From the NCBI GenBank assembly GCA_041649615.1, contig JBAZMT010000002.1, positions 10,017-74,016 on the forward strand: DNA of 64,000 nucleotides, written 5' to 3'. This document shows positions 37,179 to 46,222 of the stretch, piece by piece. Below the pieces are notes generated by a model, which made no database searches, was not told the DNA's origin, and was given only the letters and a program-made list of their open reading frames with translations. How positions within the stretch are numbered: position 1 is the stretch's first letter; the number at the start of each line of letters is the position of its first letter. The stretch is from Parcubacteria group bacterium. Lineage in GTDB: Bacteria; Patescibacteriota; Minisyncoccia; UBA6257; Colwellbacteraceae. Made by a program: the position numbers and the translations under genes.

Positions 37179-37412
37179 TTATAGGATATGTTTTTTCGTA
37201 AATGCTCTTCCGGAACCGGACTTAAGATATTTCTCGAAAGAAAACGCCTTATATTTATCTGTGAAAGCGACATAGAACTCTAATTCTACTGGCAATCTAT
37301 TTGTTGTTGCGGGAACATATCCATTTTTATGTCTGCTCAATCGTTCTTCAATATTATCGGTACAGCCTATATAGAATCCGTTTTTACACTTGATGCTGTA
37401 AACATAATACAT
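37179..37412 (-). CDS. GIY-YIG nuclease-domain protein (stand-alone, 77 aa)
   Basis: 'YYVYSIKCKNGFYIGCTDNIEERLSRHKNG' GIY-YIG motif. Confidence 0.75.
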   Translation of the reverse strand: MYYVYSIKCKNGFYIGCTDNIEERLSRHKNGYVPATTNRLPVELEFYVAFTDKYKAFSFEKYLKSGSGRAFTKKHIL

Positions 37413-37621
37413 TTTTACTAATTGTAACCCGCTTTCGCTTAACTACTGCGGACTGTGTCACGCCGTAGCCAAGCTTCAGCGTGGCGAAGGCGATGGCGAT
37501 TTCCGGAAGTTTGAACCGGCGTTTGCGGCGAAGACCATAAGTTACAGTCGCCTTGATAGAATTGTGGGCGATTTACGCCGTATCTACAAAGAGAATCCTG
37601 CTTATTTCGATGTTCCGTCAT
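37413..37621 (+). pseudogene. start-less C-terminal gene fragment in a higher-GC segment (possible gene remnant)
   Basis: + frame reads '...CGLCHAVAKLQRGEGDGDFRKFEPAFAAKTISYSRLDRIVGDLRRIYKENPAYFDVPSFAQRIY*' with no start codon after the upstream in-frame stop. GC about 52% against a genome background of about 40%. Confidence 0.3.
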
Positions 37622-37683
37622 TTGCGCAAAGAATCTATTAGATACATTGGACTTACTATACAGATTTGATAAGTAACTCTAAT

Positions 37684-38292
37684 CTATAGCTCCACAGTGC
37701 GAAGACGAGGAAACAGCTCGATCAACAATTCTTCTCCCTTCTCGGTCTTGATGGGGCCGAGTATGACCCGCACGAATGGCACCTTGTTCTTGGCGCGGAA
37801 GTCGGCGAGTGCTTGCCAGTCGGGAGCATGCATTTGCGGCGCAAGATTGAGCGCAAGGTAGAGACTAAGATAAGGGGAGGGTGAATATCCTTTCGAGAAT
37901 ATCTTTTGTAGCTCGCTGGTAACTGAAGCCGTGAAGTCGCCGCTGAACTGATGATCGGTGAGCCGCTTCATTTGGAAGACATCGCCACTGAAGCCGTCTC
38001 TTGGCGTGGCGTTGGAGTCGGCCGCGTCGAGGATGAGAATATCGACGTCGGTATCATCTTTACGGAATCTCTTTATTGCCTCGTTCTTGGTGAGCGCCCC
38101 AGCTTTCATCTGCCGCAAGCCCTCCTCGATAACCGGAATGCCGACTAAGAACGGCTTTTTGAATTCCTTTTCATACAAACGCTTGAGGCGTACTGCCTCC
38201 GACAATTCAGTGTCGCGACTATCGCGTCCTTCACCGAATTGGCGCAAGTATTCGATGATTTCTTGCTCTGTGCAGTAGATAAAATGCTCCAT
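37684..38292 (-). CDS. hypothetical protein (202 aa) in the higher-GC islet
   Basis: Clean ORF; GC about 52-54% in a 100-nt sample; no family recognised. Confidence 0.5.
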   Translation of the reverse strand: MEHFIYCTEQEIIEYLRQFGEGRDSRDTELSEAVRLKRLYEKEFKKPFLVGIPVIEEGLRQMKAGALTKNEAIKRFRKDDTDVDILILDAADSNATPRDGFSGDVFQMKRLTDHQFSGDFTASVTSELQKIFSKGYSPSPYLSLYLALNLAPQMHAPDWQALADFRAKNKVPFVRVILGPIKTEKGEELLIELFPRLRTVEL

Positions 38293-38353
38293 AATTCGAA
38301 TCCCTTTAACTCTCCACTTTCAAAACCCTTTATCTAAGCCCTAAAAACGCTGG

Positions 38354-38440
38354 CGGAGAGGCAGGGATTCGAACCCTGGAAGCCCTTGCGAGCTTAACAC
38401 GTTAGCACCGTGTCCCATTCGACCACTCTGGCACCTCTCC
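38354..38440 (-). tRNA. tRNA-Ser (GCU), type II
   Basis: Reverse complement GGAGAGG...anticodon arm ACACG-GTGCTAA-CGTGT, long variable arm, T-arm CAGGG-TTCGAAT-CCCTG, acceptor CCTCTCC-G. Confidence 0.8.
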
Positions 38441-38555
38441 AAGACTCATAAAATTTACTATCAAAACGGTTCATTTACAACTCGTTCGGGACGCTGCGAT
38501 ATTGGCAAATATGTTATTATTCCAGGATAAGATTCGGGAAAGATCAAATAAATCA

Positions 38556-39341
38556 ATGAATAAAAAAATTATCGCAATATTGGCTGTCGTGATAGTCGCC
38601 GTGTTGGCCGGGGCTGTCATTTGGTCCCGGTATCAAAAAAGCGGTCAGTCCATCACGGAAAAGGCCGTGGAAGAAAAGACGGACTTTTACGAAATAACGG
38701 CCAAATACCCGATCGATCCGTGGGATAAGGACGGCGCCATCAAGGAATTCGTGAATTACCAAGTCGATCAAAGAAAAGAGGATTGGAAAGTCGGGGGCGA
38801 TATATATAACACGGAAAAAGACGTGGAGGCGCGGTTTCCGGACAGGCCGAAAATGGTGTATACGATGGACATTACCTATACGAAATACGATTCTCCGAAA
38901 TTCGGGACGAGATCTTACGTCTTTATCATCGGCGAATATACCGGGGGAGCGAATGCTAACGCGAGAGTGCAATCTTTTAGCTTCAATAAGGACGGACGAA
39001 TTCAAATAGGGGACATCTTGAACCTGGCGGACGATCATAACGATATCGAACTCACGAAGATATTATTCGACAAGGCCATGACCGACCCCGAACGGTTTCC
39101 CAGCGCCGACATAACAAGGGAAGGAACGGGTCTCGCTTATCTCAAGGACGATGGTATAACTTTCGATCAGAGCAAATGTCATTGCGACGGATTTCTTTTT
39201 TCGTCCAACTTTCAGAATTTCGTCATCAAGGACGAAGGAATTGATTTCTTCTTCGGTAAATATCAGGCGACCATAGGCGCGTCGGGAGTGGTCGATGTCA
39301 TGTTGGACTGGGACGCTCTGGCGCCGTATTTAGAAATATAA
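38556..39341 (+). CDS. secreted/membrane-anchored protein, DUF4163/DUF3298-like (RsiV C-terminal-domain-like)
   Basis: N-terminal anchor 'MNKKIIAILAVVIV'; 'YEITAKYP' block typical of this domain family. Recall-based. Confidence 0.4.
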   Translation: MNKKIIAILAVVIVAVLAGAVIWSRYQKSGQSITEKAVEEKTDFYEITAKYPIDPWDKDGAIKEFVNYQVDQRKEDWKVGGDIYNTEKDVEARFPDRPKMVYTMDITYTKYDSPKFGTRSYVFIIGEYTGGANANARVQSFSFNKDGRIQIGDILNLADDHNDIELTKILFDKAMTDPERFPSADITREGTGLAYLKDDGITFDQSKCHCDGFLFSSNFQNFVIKDEGIDFFFGKYQATIGASGVVDVMLDWDALAPYLEI

Positions 39342-39398
39342 TTTTACGAACGGATTTTCTTGTTATTTATCCGCTTTTTTGGTACTTTGACAAAGCTA

Positions 39399-40820
39399 AT
39401 GGCGGAAGAAGAAGCAAAAAAGGAGAAAAGACCACCGATAGTGGTGGTTATGGGACACGTTGATCACGGAAAGACGAGTCTTTTGGACTACATTAGAAAA
39501 ACCCGCGTTGCCGGAAAAGAAGCGGGCGGAATCACGCAATCTATCGGAGCTTACGAGATTGAACACGAAAGCAATAAAATAACATTCATAGATACGCCGG
39601 GACATGAAGCTTTCAAGGCGATGAGAACGCGCGGAGCGACCGTGGCGGATATCGCCGTTTTAGTTGTCGCGGCGGATGAAGGACCAAAACCACAGACGGA
39701 AGAATCAATAAAAATTTTAACGGAATCGCAAACACCTTATGTCGTGGCTATCACGAAAATAGATTCGCCGCGGGCAGACACGGAAAAAGTTAAAAACGAG
39801 CTTGCGAGCAAAGGCGTCTATTTGGAAGGGTACGGCGGAAACGTAAGCTGGCAGGGAGTTTCGTCCAAAACAGGGGAGGGAGTATCGGAGCTTTTGGATC
39901 TGATTCTTCTTCTTGCGGACGTGTCGGAACTCGCATATGACCCCGAAGCGCGCGCTTCGGGATTTGTGATTGAATCCAAAAAAGACAGCCGGAGAGGAAT
40001 CGTGGCTTCGCTTATATTAAAAGACGGGACTTTGAGGCTGGGACAGAATATTGTGACTTCCACGACGCTCGGGAAAATAAAAATTTTAGAGGATTTTACG
40101 GGGAAGGGAGTAAAAGAATTGCATCCTTCCGCTCCGGCGCTTGTCGTCGGATTTGAAGACATTCCTTTGGCGGGTGAAGAATTTGAGGCGGGAGAAGTAA
40201 CGCTTACTCTTTTGGAAGCAAAACAACGAGAAAAAAAGACAGAAGAAAAAGAAGGCACTATCGCCGCAGTGCTCAAAGCGGACGTCAGCGGATCGCTTGA
40301 AGTCTTAAAAGACGTGATGGCGGGAAAAATAAAGATAGTGGGTTCTTCGGCCGGAGACATAACGGATGGAGACGTTAAATCAGCCGTTGCCGCAAACGCC
40401 TTGATTATCGCGTTTCGCACAAAATTCAACAGTAAGTCGGTAGAAATGTTTGCGAGAAACAATAACGTAAAAGTATTTTCATCGGACATAATTTATGAAC
40501 TTGTTAAATCGGTTGACGAGTACATTGAGGAAACGTCCGAACCGGAAATTGCGGGAAGAATGGAAGTACTCGCCATATTCGGTAAAAAAGACGACAACCA
40601 AATAATAGGGGGAAAAGTCGTTGAGGGAGCGATCAGAACAGGGAGAAAGGTGGAAATAAAAAGAAGGGGAATGCTCGTAGGTGACGGAAAAATCGTCAAT
40701 CTTCAATCGGGGAAGAAAGACGCAAAGGAAGTGGAAGCGCCGAACGAATGCGGAATCTTGATTGATACGGTCGCTTCCATAAAAGTAGGAGATGAGCTTT
40801 CGCAAGCAGCAATTAAATAG
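39399..40820 (+). CDS. infB: translation initiation factor IF-2 (short form: G domain + C-terminal domains)
   Basis: '[12 protein letters not shown]', 'DTPGHEAF', 'TKID' GTPase motifs. Confidence 0.9.
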   Translation: MAEEEAKKEKRPPIVVVMGHVDHGKTSLLDYIRKTRVAGKEAGGITQSIGAYEIEHESNKITFIDTPGHEAFKAMRTRGATVADIAVLVVAADEGPKPQTEESIKILTESQTPYVVAITKIDSPRADTEKVKNELASKGVYLEGYGGNVSWQGVSSKTGEGVSELLDLILLLADVSELAYDPEARASGFVIESKKDSRRGIVASLILKDGTLRLGQNIVTSTTLGKIKILEDFTGKGVKELHPSAPALVVGFEDIPLAGEEFEAGEVTLTLLEAKQREKKTEEKEGTIAAVLKADVSGSLEVLKDVMAGKIKIVGSSAGDITDGDVKSAVAANALIIAFRTKFNSKSVEMFARNNNVKVFSSDIIYELVKSVDEYIEETSEPEIAGRMEVLAIFGKKDDNQIIGGKVVEGAIRTGRKVEIKRRGMLVGDGKIVNLQSGKKDAKEVEAPNECGILIDTVASIKVGDELSQAAIK

Positions 40821-41124
40821 TCTCATAAGAAACGAAGTCGCGAAGGCAATTCAGAGAGAAGTGGAATTCCCCGCGGGCGCGCTTGTCTCCGTTACGGAAG
40901 TAAGAGTTTCGGACGATCTGGCTCACGCGGACGTAATGATTTCCGTTCTTCCTTCAGCGAAAAAAGACGCGGCCTTAAAGGCGCTAAACGCCAAACAATC
41001 GGAAATTCAAACGATTCTTTTCAAAAAAATAAAAATAATGTCCTTGCCGAAAGTCCGTTTTAATTACGATCCGGGACCGGAAAAAGCGGCGGATATTGAA
41101 AGAATTTCACTTGGTGGAAAATAG
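40792..41124 (+). CDS. rbfA: ribosome-binding factor A
   Basis: 'RNEVAKAIQREV...VSVTEVRVSDDLAHADV' RbfA signature; canonical infB-rbfA order. Confidence 0.85.
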   Translation: MSFRKQQLNSLIRNEVAKAIQREVEFPAGALVSVTEVRVSDDLAHADVMISVLPSAKKDAALKALNAKQSEIQTILFKKIKIMSLPKVRFNYDPGPEKAADIERISLGGK

Positions 41125-41157
41125 GCGTAACGGTTGCTAGAATCAGAGACGTTGCTT

Positions 41158-41229
41158 GGCCTGGTAGTCAAGTGGTAAGACGGAGCTCTGCAAAAGCTCT
41201 ATACGCGAGTTCGATTCTCGCCCAGGCCT
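41158..41229 (+). tRNA. tRNA-Cys (GCA), discriminator U
   Basis: GGCCTGG-TA-GTCA..., anticodon arm GAGCT-CTGCAAA-AGCTC, T-loop TTCGATT, acceptor CCAGGCC-T. Confidence 0.85.
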
Positions 41230-41295
41230 CTGAAATAACGGAATAGGCTGAATATATATTTCTTATTAGTGTTCCCTATTTGATATACTTATTAG

Positions 41296-41769
41296 GTGAG
41301 AACGAGATCTTGGACGGAAGAAAATTTGTTAGCAGCTATCCAGACTTCTTATAGTTTGAGACAAGTTATTAAAAAGTTAGGACTAAAAGCTGCAGGAGGT
41401 AATTATTGTCAGATAAAAGATTTTATAAGTAATAGAGGTTTTGATATAAGCCATTTTCGTGGAAAAGGGTGGAGTGCTGGGTTACGAGGAATAGGTAGGC
41501 CTCGCATCTCGTTAGAGGATATCCTGATCAAGGATAGTAGTTTTCAAAGTTTCAAACTTAAAAAAAGATTATTTGCCTCTGGTTTAAAACCAGAATACTG
41601 TGAAGAGTGTGGCTGGAATAAAAGGACAAAAGAAGGTTATTTACCGCTTGAACTAGACCATATTAACGGGGATCATAGGGATAATAGAATAGAAAATCTC
41701 CGTGTGTTATGTCCGAATTGTCATAGTTTAAAACCTACCCACAGAGGTAGAAAATTAAAAGGAATATAA
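41296..41769 (+). CDS. HNH endonuclease (free-standing), GTG start
   Basis: 'LELDHINGDHRDNRIENLRVLCPNCH' HNH motif and 'CEECGW' zinc-finger; paralogue of 3813-4187. Confidence 0.8.
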   Translation: MRTRSWTEENLLAAIQTSYSLRQVIKKLGLKAAGGNYCQIKDFISNRGFDISHFRGKGWSAGLRGIGRPRISLEDILIKDSSFQSFKLKKRLFASGLKPEYCEECGWNKRTKEGYLPLELDHINGDHRDNRIENLRVLCPNCHSLKPTHRGRKLKGI

Positions 41770-41775
41770 AGGTAT

Positions 41776-41858
41776 GCCCGGGTGTTGGAATGGTAGACAA
41801 GCGACACTTAAAATGTCGTGGAGGCAACTCCGTGTGGGTTCGATCCCCACTCCGGGCA
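41776..41858 (+). tRNA. tRNA-Leu (UAA), type II
   Basis: GCCCGGG..., anticodon arm CGACA-CTTAAAA-TGTCG, variable arm TGGAGGCAACTCCG, T-arm GTGGG-TTCGATC-CCCAC, discriminator A. Confidence 0.85.
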
Positions 41859-41863
41859 CTAAA

Positions 41864-42610
41864 ATGAAAGAAGAACATATTATCGTAGACGATCTGGACG
41901 TTTCTTACCTTGACCGCGGAGAGGGCGAAATCTTCTTGTTTCTTCACGGATGGGGAATGAACGCTTTTTCGTTCAACGATTTAATGGAACGATTCGGTGA
42001 TAAGAGATGCGTGGCGCTATCTCTTCCCGGATTTGGAGGAAGCGAGAAGCCGAAAACGGCGTGGAGCGTTGCCGATTACGCTAAATTCGTTCGCAAATTT
42101 CTTGAGAGACTTGAAATAAACGGAATTAAAGCGATAATCGCGCATTCGTTCGGAGGAAGAGTGGCTATAAAAGGAGTAGCCTCGGGAATTTTAGACCCGA
42201 AAAAATTGATTCTTATCGCTTCGGCGGGGGCGGCGAAAAAGTCGCTTAAGATGCGAATACTCGGGATGATCGCGAAAATCGCTAAAATATTTTTTGCCAT
42301 TTGGCCCTTGTCGCTTTTGAAAAATCGTTTGAAGCAGGTCGTGGGAAGCAGAGATTATTTAAGCGCGGGAGAAATGAGGGGTACGTTTATAAAAGCGATC
42401 AATGAAAGTTTGCTCCCGGATGCCAAAAAAATATCCATTCCAACGCTTTTAATGTGGGGAGATAGAGATACGGAGACTCCTCTTAACGAAGCTTATAGGT
42501 TTACGAGCGTGATTAAAAACGCGAAACTTGAAATTTTTTCGGGAGCGGGACATTTTGTTTTTAAAGAAAGATTAAACGAAGTCGCGGAGGCGATAAACAA
42601 ATTTCTATGA
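41864..42610 (+). CDS. alpha/beta hydrolase
   Basis: 'FLFLHGWGMN' (HGxG oxyanion motif) and 'AHSFGG' nucleophile elbow. Start placed at ATG 41864, just after the tRNA. Confidence 0.7.
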   Translation: MKEEHIIVDDLDVSYLDRGEGEIFLFLHGWGMNAFSFNDLMERFGDKRCVALSLPGFGGSEKPKTAWSVADYAKFVRKFLERLEINGIKAIIAHSFGGRVAIKGVASGILDPKKLILIASAGAAKKSLKMRILGMIAKIAKIFFAIWPLSLLKNRLKQVVGSRDYLSAGEMRGTFIKAINESLLPDAKKISIPTLLMWGDRDTETPLNEAYRFTSVIKNAKLEIFSGAGHFVFKERLNEVAEAINKFL

Positions 42611-44028
42611 TCAAGCGTTTTTTATCGCGATTCAATTTGCGTTACGTTCATTCGCTCGTTTATATGCTTCAGGCGACCGAGTATAAAGTCGGCGATTATT
42701 TCTCGTGGCTCAAAAGAGTTGATGATTTTCGGTTTGTTGAAAAAAGAAAAAAGCTCGTAAAGACGTTGAAAGCGAAAACACTCCTTGTAATGGGGTGGTT
42801 AATTTGGATTGTGGCTATTTTATTCAGCGTTTTTTATTCGTCAATTTTCGGATACGTTTCCACGATATTTTTAATCATTCTATCTCCGTACGTTCTCGCT
42901 TACGCACTCGGGATAATCGTTCTCTTGGGGCAATTCGTTCAAATCCCGGTTGAAAACGTGATTATTAGCCAAGCGCGGAAAGTATTAATTCGCCATAAAG
43001 CGACTCGGATCGCCATTGCGGGAAGTTTTGGCAAAACCACAATGCGCGAAATTATGAATATTGTTTTGTCGGAGGGTAAAAAAGTAGCCGCTCCGCCTCA
43101 CAGTTACAACACGCCTTTAAGCATCGCTAAGTTTGTAAAAGAGCTAAAGGGAGACGAGGAGATATTAATTTTTGAGTTTGGCGAATACTATCCTGGGGAT
43201 ATACGGAGATTGTGCGAATTCGTGAAACCCGATATGGGTGTCATCACGGGAATTAACGAGGCCCATCTTGCGAAATTTGAAACATTGGATAAAACGGCAA
43301 AGACGATCTTTGAACTTGCCGATTTTTTGGGGGATAAACCCGTGTATGTAAACGGCGAGAGTGAAAATGCGCGAGCGCACGCACGAAAGAATCATATAAT
43401 TTACGATCGCAACGGCGTTTCCGATATGCAAGTCAAAAAAGCCGAAACCGACTTGTCAGGAACGTCTTTTACGCTTGCGATTAATGAAAAAGAATGGAAC
43501 TTCAAATCATCTCTTCTCGGCCTTCATCAAATCGGACCGCTTACGGCCGCGATCGCCATTGCCAGGGGAAATGGACTGTCACTCGGGCAAATTCAATCGG
43601 GAATCGCAAAAACCAAACCGTTTGAACATCGCTTGGAACCGATTTATGGCGAAGACGGCGTTACGATTCTTGATGACAGCTATAACGGAAATCCGGACGG
43701 AGTAAAAGCGGTTATTGAATTTCTATCGTCTTTAAAAACCGGAGGCAGACGAATTTATGTGACTCCGGGACTTGTGGAAATGGGCGCTCGAACGAAAGAA
43801 GTTCACCGCGAGATCGGACGAGAACTCGCCAAGGCCCGCATTGAAAAAGTCGTGCTTATCAAAAATTCCGTAACGTCCTATATTGAAGAAGGATTAAAGG
43901 AAAGCCAGTATGAAGGAGAAGTAATTTGGTTTTCCGACGCTTTAAGCGCTTTTGCGGCTTTACCTCAAATGACCGCGAAGGGGGATATAGTTTTGCTTCA
44001 AAACGATTGGCCCGACCAATATGCCTAA
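42607..44028 (+). CDS. murF: UDP-MurNAc-tripeptide--D-Ala-D-Ala ligase with an unusual N-terminal membrane segment
   Basis: 'IAIAGSFGKTT' Mur ligase P-loop and 'DDSYNGNP'. The first ~110 aa contain 2-3 hydrophobic helices instead of the usual MurF domain 1. Confidence 0.8.
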   Translation: MIKRFLSRFNLRYVHSLVYMLQATEYKVGDYFSWLKRVDDFRFVEKRKKLVKTLKAKTLLVMGWLIWIVAILFSVFYSSIFGYVSTIFLIILSPYVLAYALGIIVLLGQFVQIPVENVIISQARKVLIRHKATRIAIAGSFGKTTMREIMNIVLSEGKKVAAPPHSYNTPLSIAKFVKELKGDEEILIFEFGEYYPGDIRRLCEFVKPDMGVITGINEAHLAKFETLDKTAKTIFELADFLGDKPVYVNGESENARAHARKNHIIYDRNGVSDMQVKKAETDLSGTSFTLAINEKEWNFKSSLLGLHQIGPLTAAIAIARGNGLSLGQIQSGIAKTKPFEHRLEPIYGEDGVTILDDSYNGNPDGVKAVIEFLSSLKTGGRRIYVTPGLVEMGARTKEVHREIGRELAKARIEKVVLIKNSVTSYIEEGLKESQYEGEVIWFSDALSAFAALPQMTAKGDIVLLQNDWPDQYA

Positions 44029-45190
44029 TAAAAAAACAATTGCCGTAATATTCGGGGGAAAAAGCGCCGAGCATGACGTTTCTATCATCACGGCGCATAT
44101 TCCGATAATCAACGCACTCAAGGTAGCGGATAAATACAATGTCTTGCCGGTTTATATCGCAAAGGACGGAAGGTGGTATTCGGAATCTTCAATGAACGAT
44201 TTGGATTATTTCAAGAGAGCGGATTACGAGGATAGACTGACCGGAGATAAACTGGTGGATATATCTCTTAACGGCGGATTCAAAATAATTCATCGGGGAT
44301 TGTTTTCTAAATCGATACCAATCGATATAGTGTTTACCGCCATGCATGGCACTTTCGGCGAAGACGGAAGTCTAATGGGAATGCTTCGGATGGCAAACGT
44401 TCCGTTTGTGGGATGCGATATGTCCGCTTCGGCAGTGGCTATGGATAAAATATTTACAAAACAGATTATTGCCGCGGAAGGCATCCCTGTAGTTCCCTTT
44501 GTCTGGTTTACAAGATATGACTGGGAGAAAATGCCGGATGAATGTTTAAGTGAAGCGAAAAAGTTGAACTGGCCGTTATTCGTGAAGCCTCCCCATCTTG
44601 GGTCATCGATTGGTATGGCAAAAGTGAGAGACGAGAAAGGGCTAAGAGACGCTATTGAGGTAGCGCTCCATTATGACAGTAAAGTTTTAATTGAGGAGAG
44701 CGTAGAGAACTTAATAGAGGTAACTCTGCCGATTATCGGGGATGACGAGCCACAATTAGGAGCTATCGAGCGGCCGCTCAATAAGTCGGATTTTTTTGAT
44801 TTTGAAGAAAAGTATCTGTCTCAAGGAAAAAAGACGGGACTGTCGCAAGGTTCTTACAGCGAAATTCCCGCCAAAATTGCGCCAGACCTTGCACGTGAAG
44901 TGGAAACATTGGGTAAGAAAACTTATCGAGCGCTCGGATGCTCCGGCATGGCGCGTATAGATTTCTTAATCAATGAAAAAAGTAACAACGTTTTCGTAAA
45001 TGAGGTTAATCCTCTGCCAGGAAGTCTTTATCATCACAACTTTAAAACCATAGGAATATCGGATATTGATTTGGTAAATAGACTTATCGCTTTTGCCGAA
45101 GAAAGGTTCACGGAAGAGCGAAAACTGACCCGAACGTTCAAGTCCGAGATCCTGAATAAAATAAGGGGAGGCAAGAAAGGAGAGAACTAA
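44021..45190 (+). CDS. ddl: D-alanine--D-alanine ligase
   Basis: 'IAVIFGGKSAEHDVS' and ATP-grasp motifs. Confidence 0.9.
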   Translation: MPNKKTIAVIFGGKSAEHDVSIITAHIPIINALKVADKYNVLPVYIAKDGRWYSESSMNDLDYFKRADYEDRLTGDKLVDISLNGGFKIIHRGLFSKSIPIDIVFTAMHGTFGEDGSLMGMLRMANVPFVGCDMSASAVAMDKIFTKQIIAAEGIPVVPFVWFTRYDWEKMPDECLSEAKKLNWPLFVKPPHLGSSIGMAKVRDEKGLRDAIEVALHYDSKVLIEESVENLIEVTLPIIGDDEPQLGAIERPLNKSDFFDFEEKYLSQGKKTGLSQGSYSEIPAKIAPDLAREVETLGKKTYRALGCSGMARIDFLINEKSNNVFVNEVNPLPGSLYHHNFKTIGISDIDLVNRLIAFAEERFTEERKLTRTFKSEILNKIRGGKKGEN

Positions 45191-45567
45191 TCTCCGCGGA
45201 CTTTTAATTTTCTTGCTCTGTCTTTTATGATTTTCGGAAGACGGACGCGCAGAATGCCGTTTTTGAATTCCGCTTTCGCTTTATCAGGATCAACTTCCTG
45301 CGGAAGGATGACGGAACGGGAAAACTTTCCCCAATAACATTCCTGGTACAGATAATTTTCATCCGATATTTCGTTACTGCGTCTTCTTTCGCCGCGGATA
45401 GTAACCGACTCGCTCGTGATGTCAATGTCCAAGTCATCCGGTTCAACACCGGCGATGGTGGATTCAATCACTATGTCGTCTTCCGTTTGGTAAACGTCTA
45501 TGGTGAGCTGACCTTCTCCTTCGTCTCCTAAATAAGCGAGACTATTTTCCGCGATTTTTTCTCTCAT
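45187..45567 (-). CDS. Hsp20/alpha-crystallin small heat-shock protein
   Basis: 'GILRVRLPK' C-terminal ACD signature. Confidence 0.85.
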   Translation of the reverse strand: MREKIAENSLAYLGDEGEGQLTIDVYQTEDDIVIESTIAGVEPDDLDIDITSESVTIRGERRRSNEISDENYLYQECYWGKFSRSVILPQEVDPDKAKAEFKNGILRVRLPKIIKDRARKLKVRGD

Positions 45568-46222
45568 GGTAGTACGCTTTTATTTTATCAAATTGATAGA
45601 ACAATATGAAGGCAATAAATACAAGGAAGATAGTTGGATAAAATTCCGGACCGAAACCGAGAACAAGAAGGTTGAAAATCATATGCACGACGACCGCGGC
45701 GATGATTCCGAAGAAAAGTTTTCCTTTGGCCCAGAGATAACCCAAGAGTCCCGAAGAAAGAGCGTGCATAAGAGTGGCGCCGATAAAACGAAGAACGGAG
45801 AGTCCAATGAATTCCTCGGTGGATCTTGCGTTCATCAGGAAAAAGAAATTTTCCGCCACGGCAAAACCCAAAGCAGCGGTAATCATATAAACCATTCGGT
45901 CTATCGGCTCGTCAAAGAACCGGCTGTGGCTTATGAATATGAAAACGGTGATAAATTTAACGAGCTCTTCTATCAAGGCATTTGCTCCGATTGATAAAAC
46001 CGAATATTCGGTGATGCCCAGGACGGGAGCGTAAATAGAGAATAGTTTTTCAAATCCCGCGGCGGCGAGAGCCGAGATAATGCCGAAAATAAAAGTTTTA
46101 GTGATAATGCTTTTCGGTTCGGGTTGTTCTCTGTCTTCAAGTAAAAAGAAAATAAGCCAGGCGGAACTCAAGAGAAATCCTAGGAAAATAGAGGCGGGGA
46201 TAATATAGTCGGTTATTGCCAA
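45542..46222 (-). CDS. PrsW-family intramembrane metalloprotease
   Basis: 'EELVKF' (EExxK), 'AENFFF', 'HMIFN' motifs within about 7 TM helices. Recall-based. Confidence 0.55.
   Translation of the reverse strand: MAITDYIIPASIFLGFLLSSAWLIFFLLEDREQPEPKSIITKTFIFGIISALAAAGFEKLFSIYAPVLGITEYSVLSIGANALIEELVKFITVFIFISHSRFFDEPIDRMVYMITAALGFAVAENFFFLMNARSTEEFIGLSVLRFIGATLMHALSSGLLGYLWAKGKLFFGIIAAVVVHMIFNLLVLGFGPEFYPTIFLVFIAFILFYQFDKIKAYYHERKNRGK

Noticed and set aside
37439-37621. 60-aa minus-strand ORF in the higher-GC segment
   Set aside because: Arg/Ser/Gln-rich antisense-like composition. The + strand frame is more protein-like but lacks a start, so it is reported as a possible gene remnant instead.
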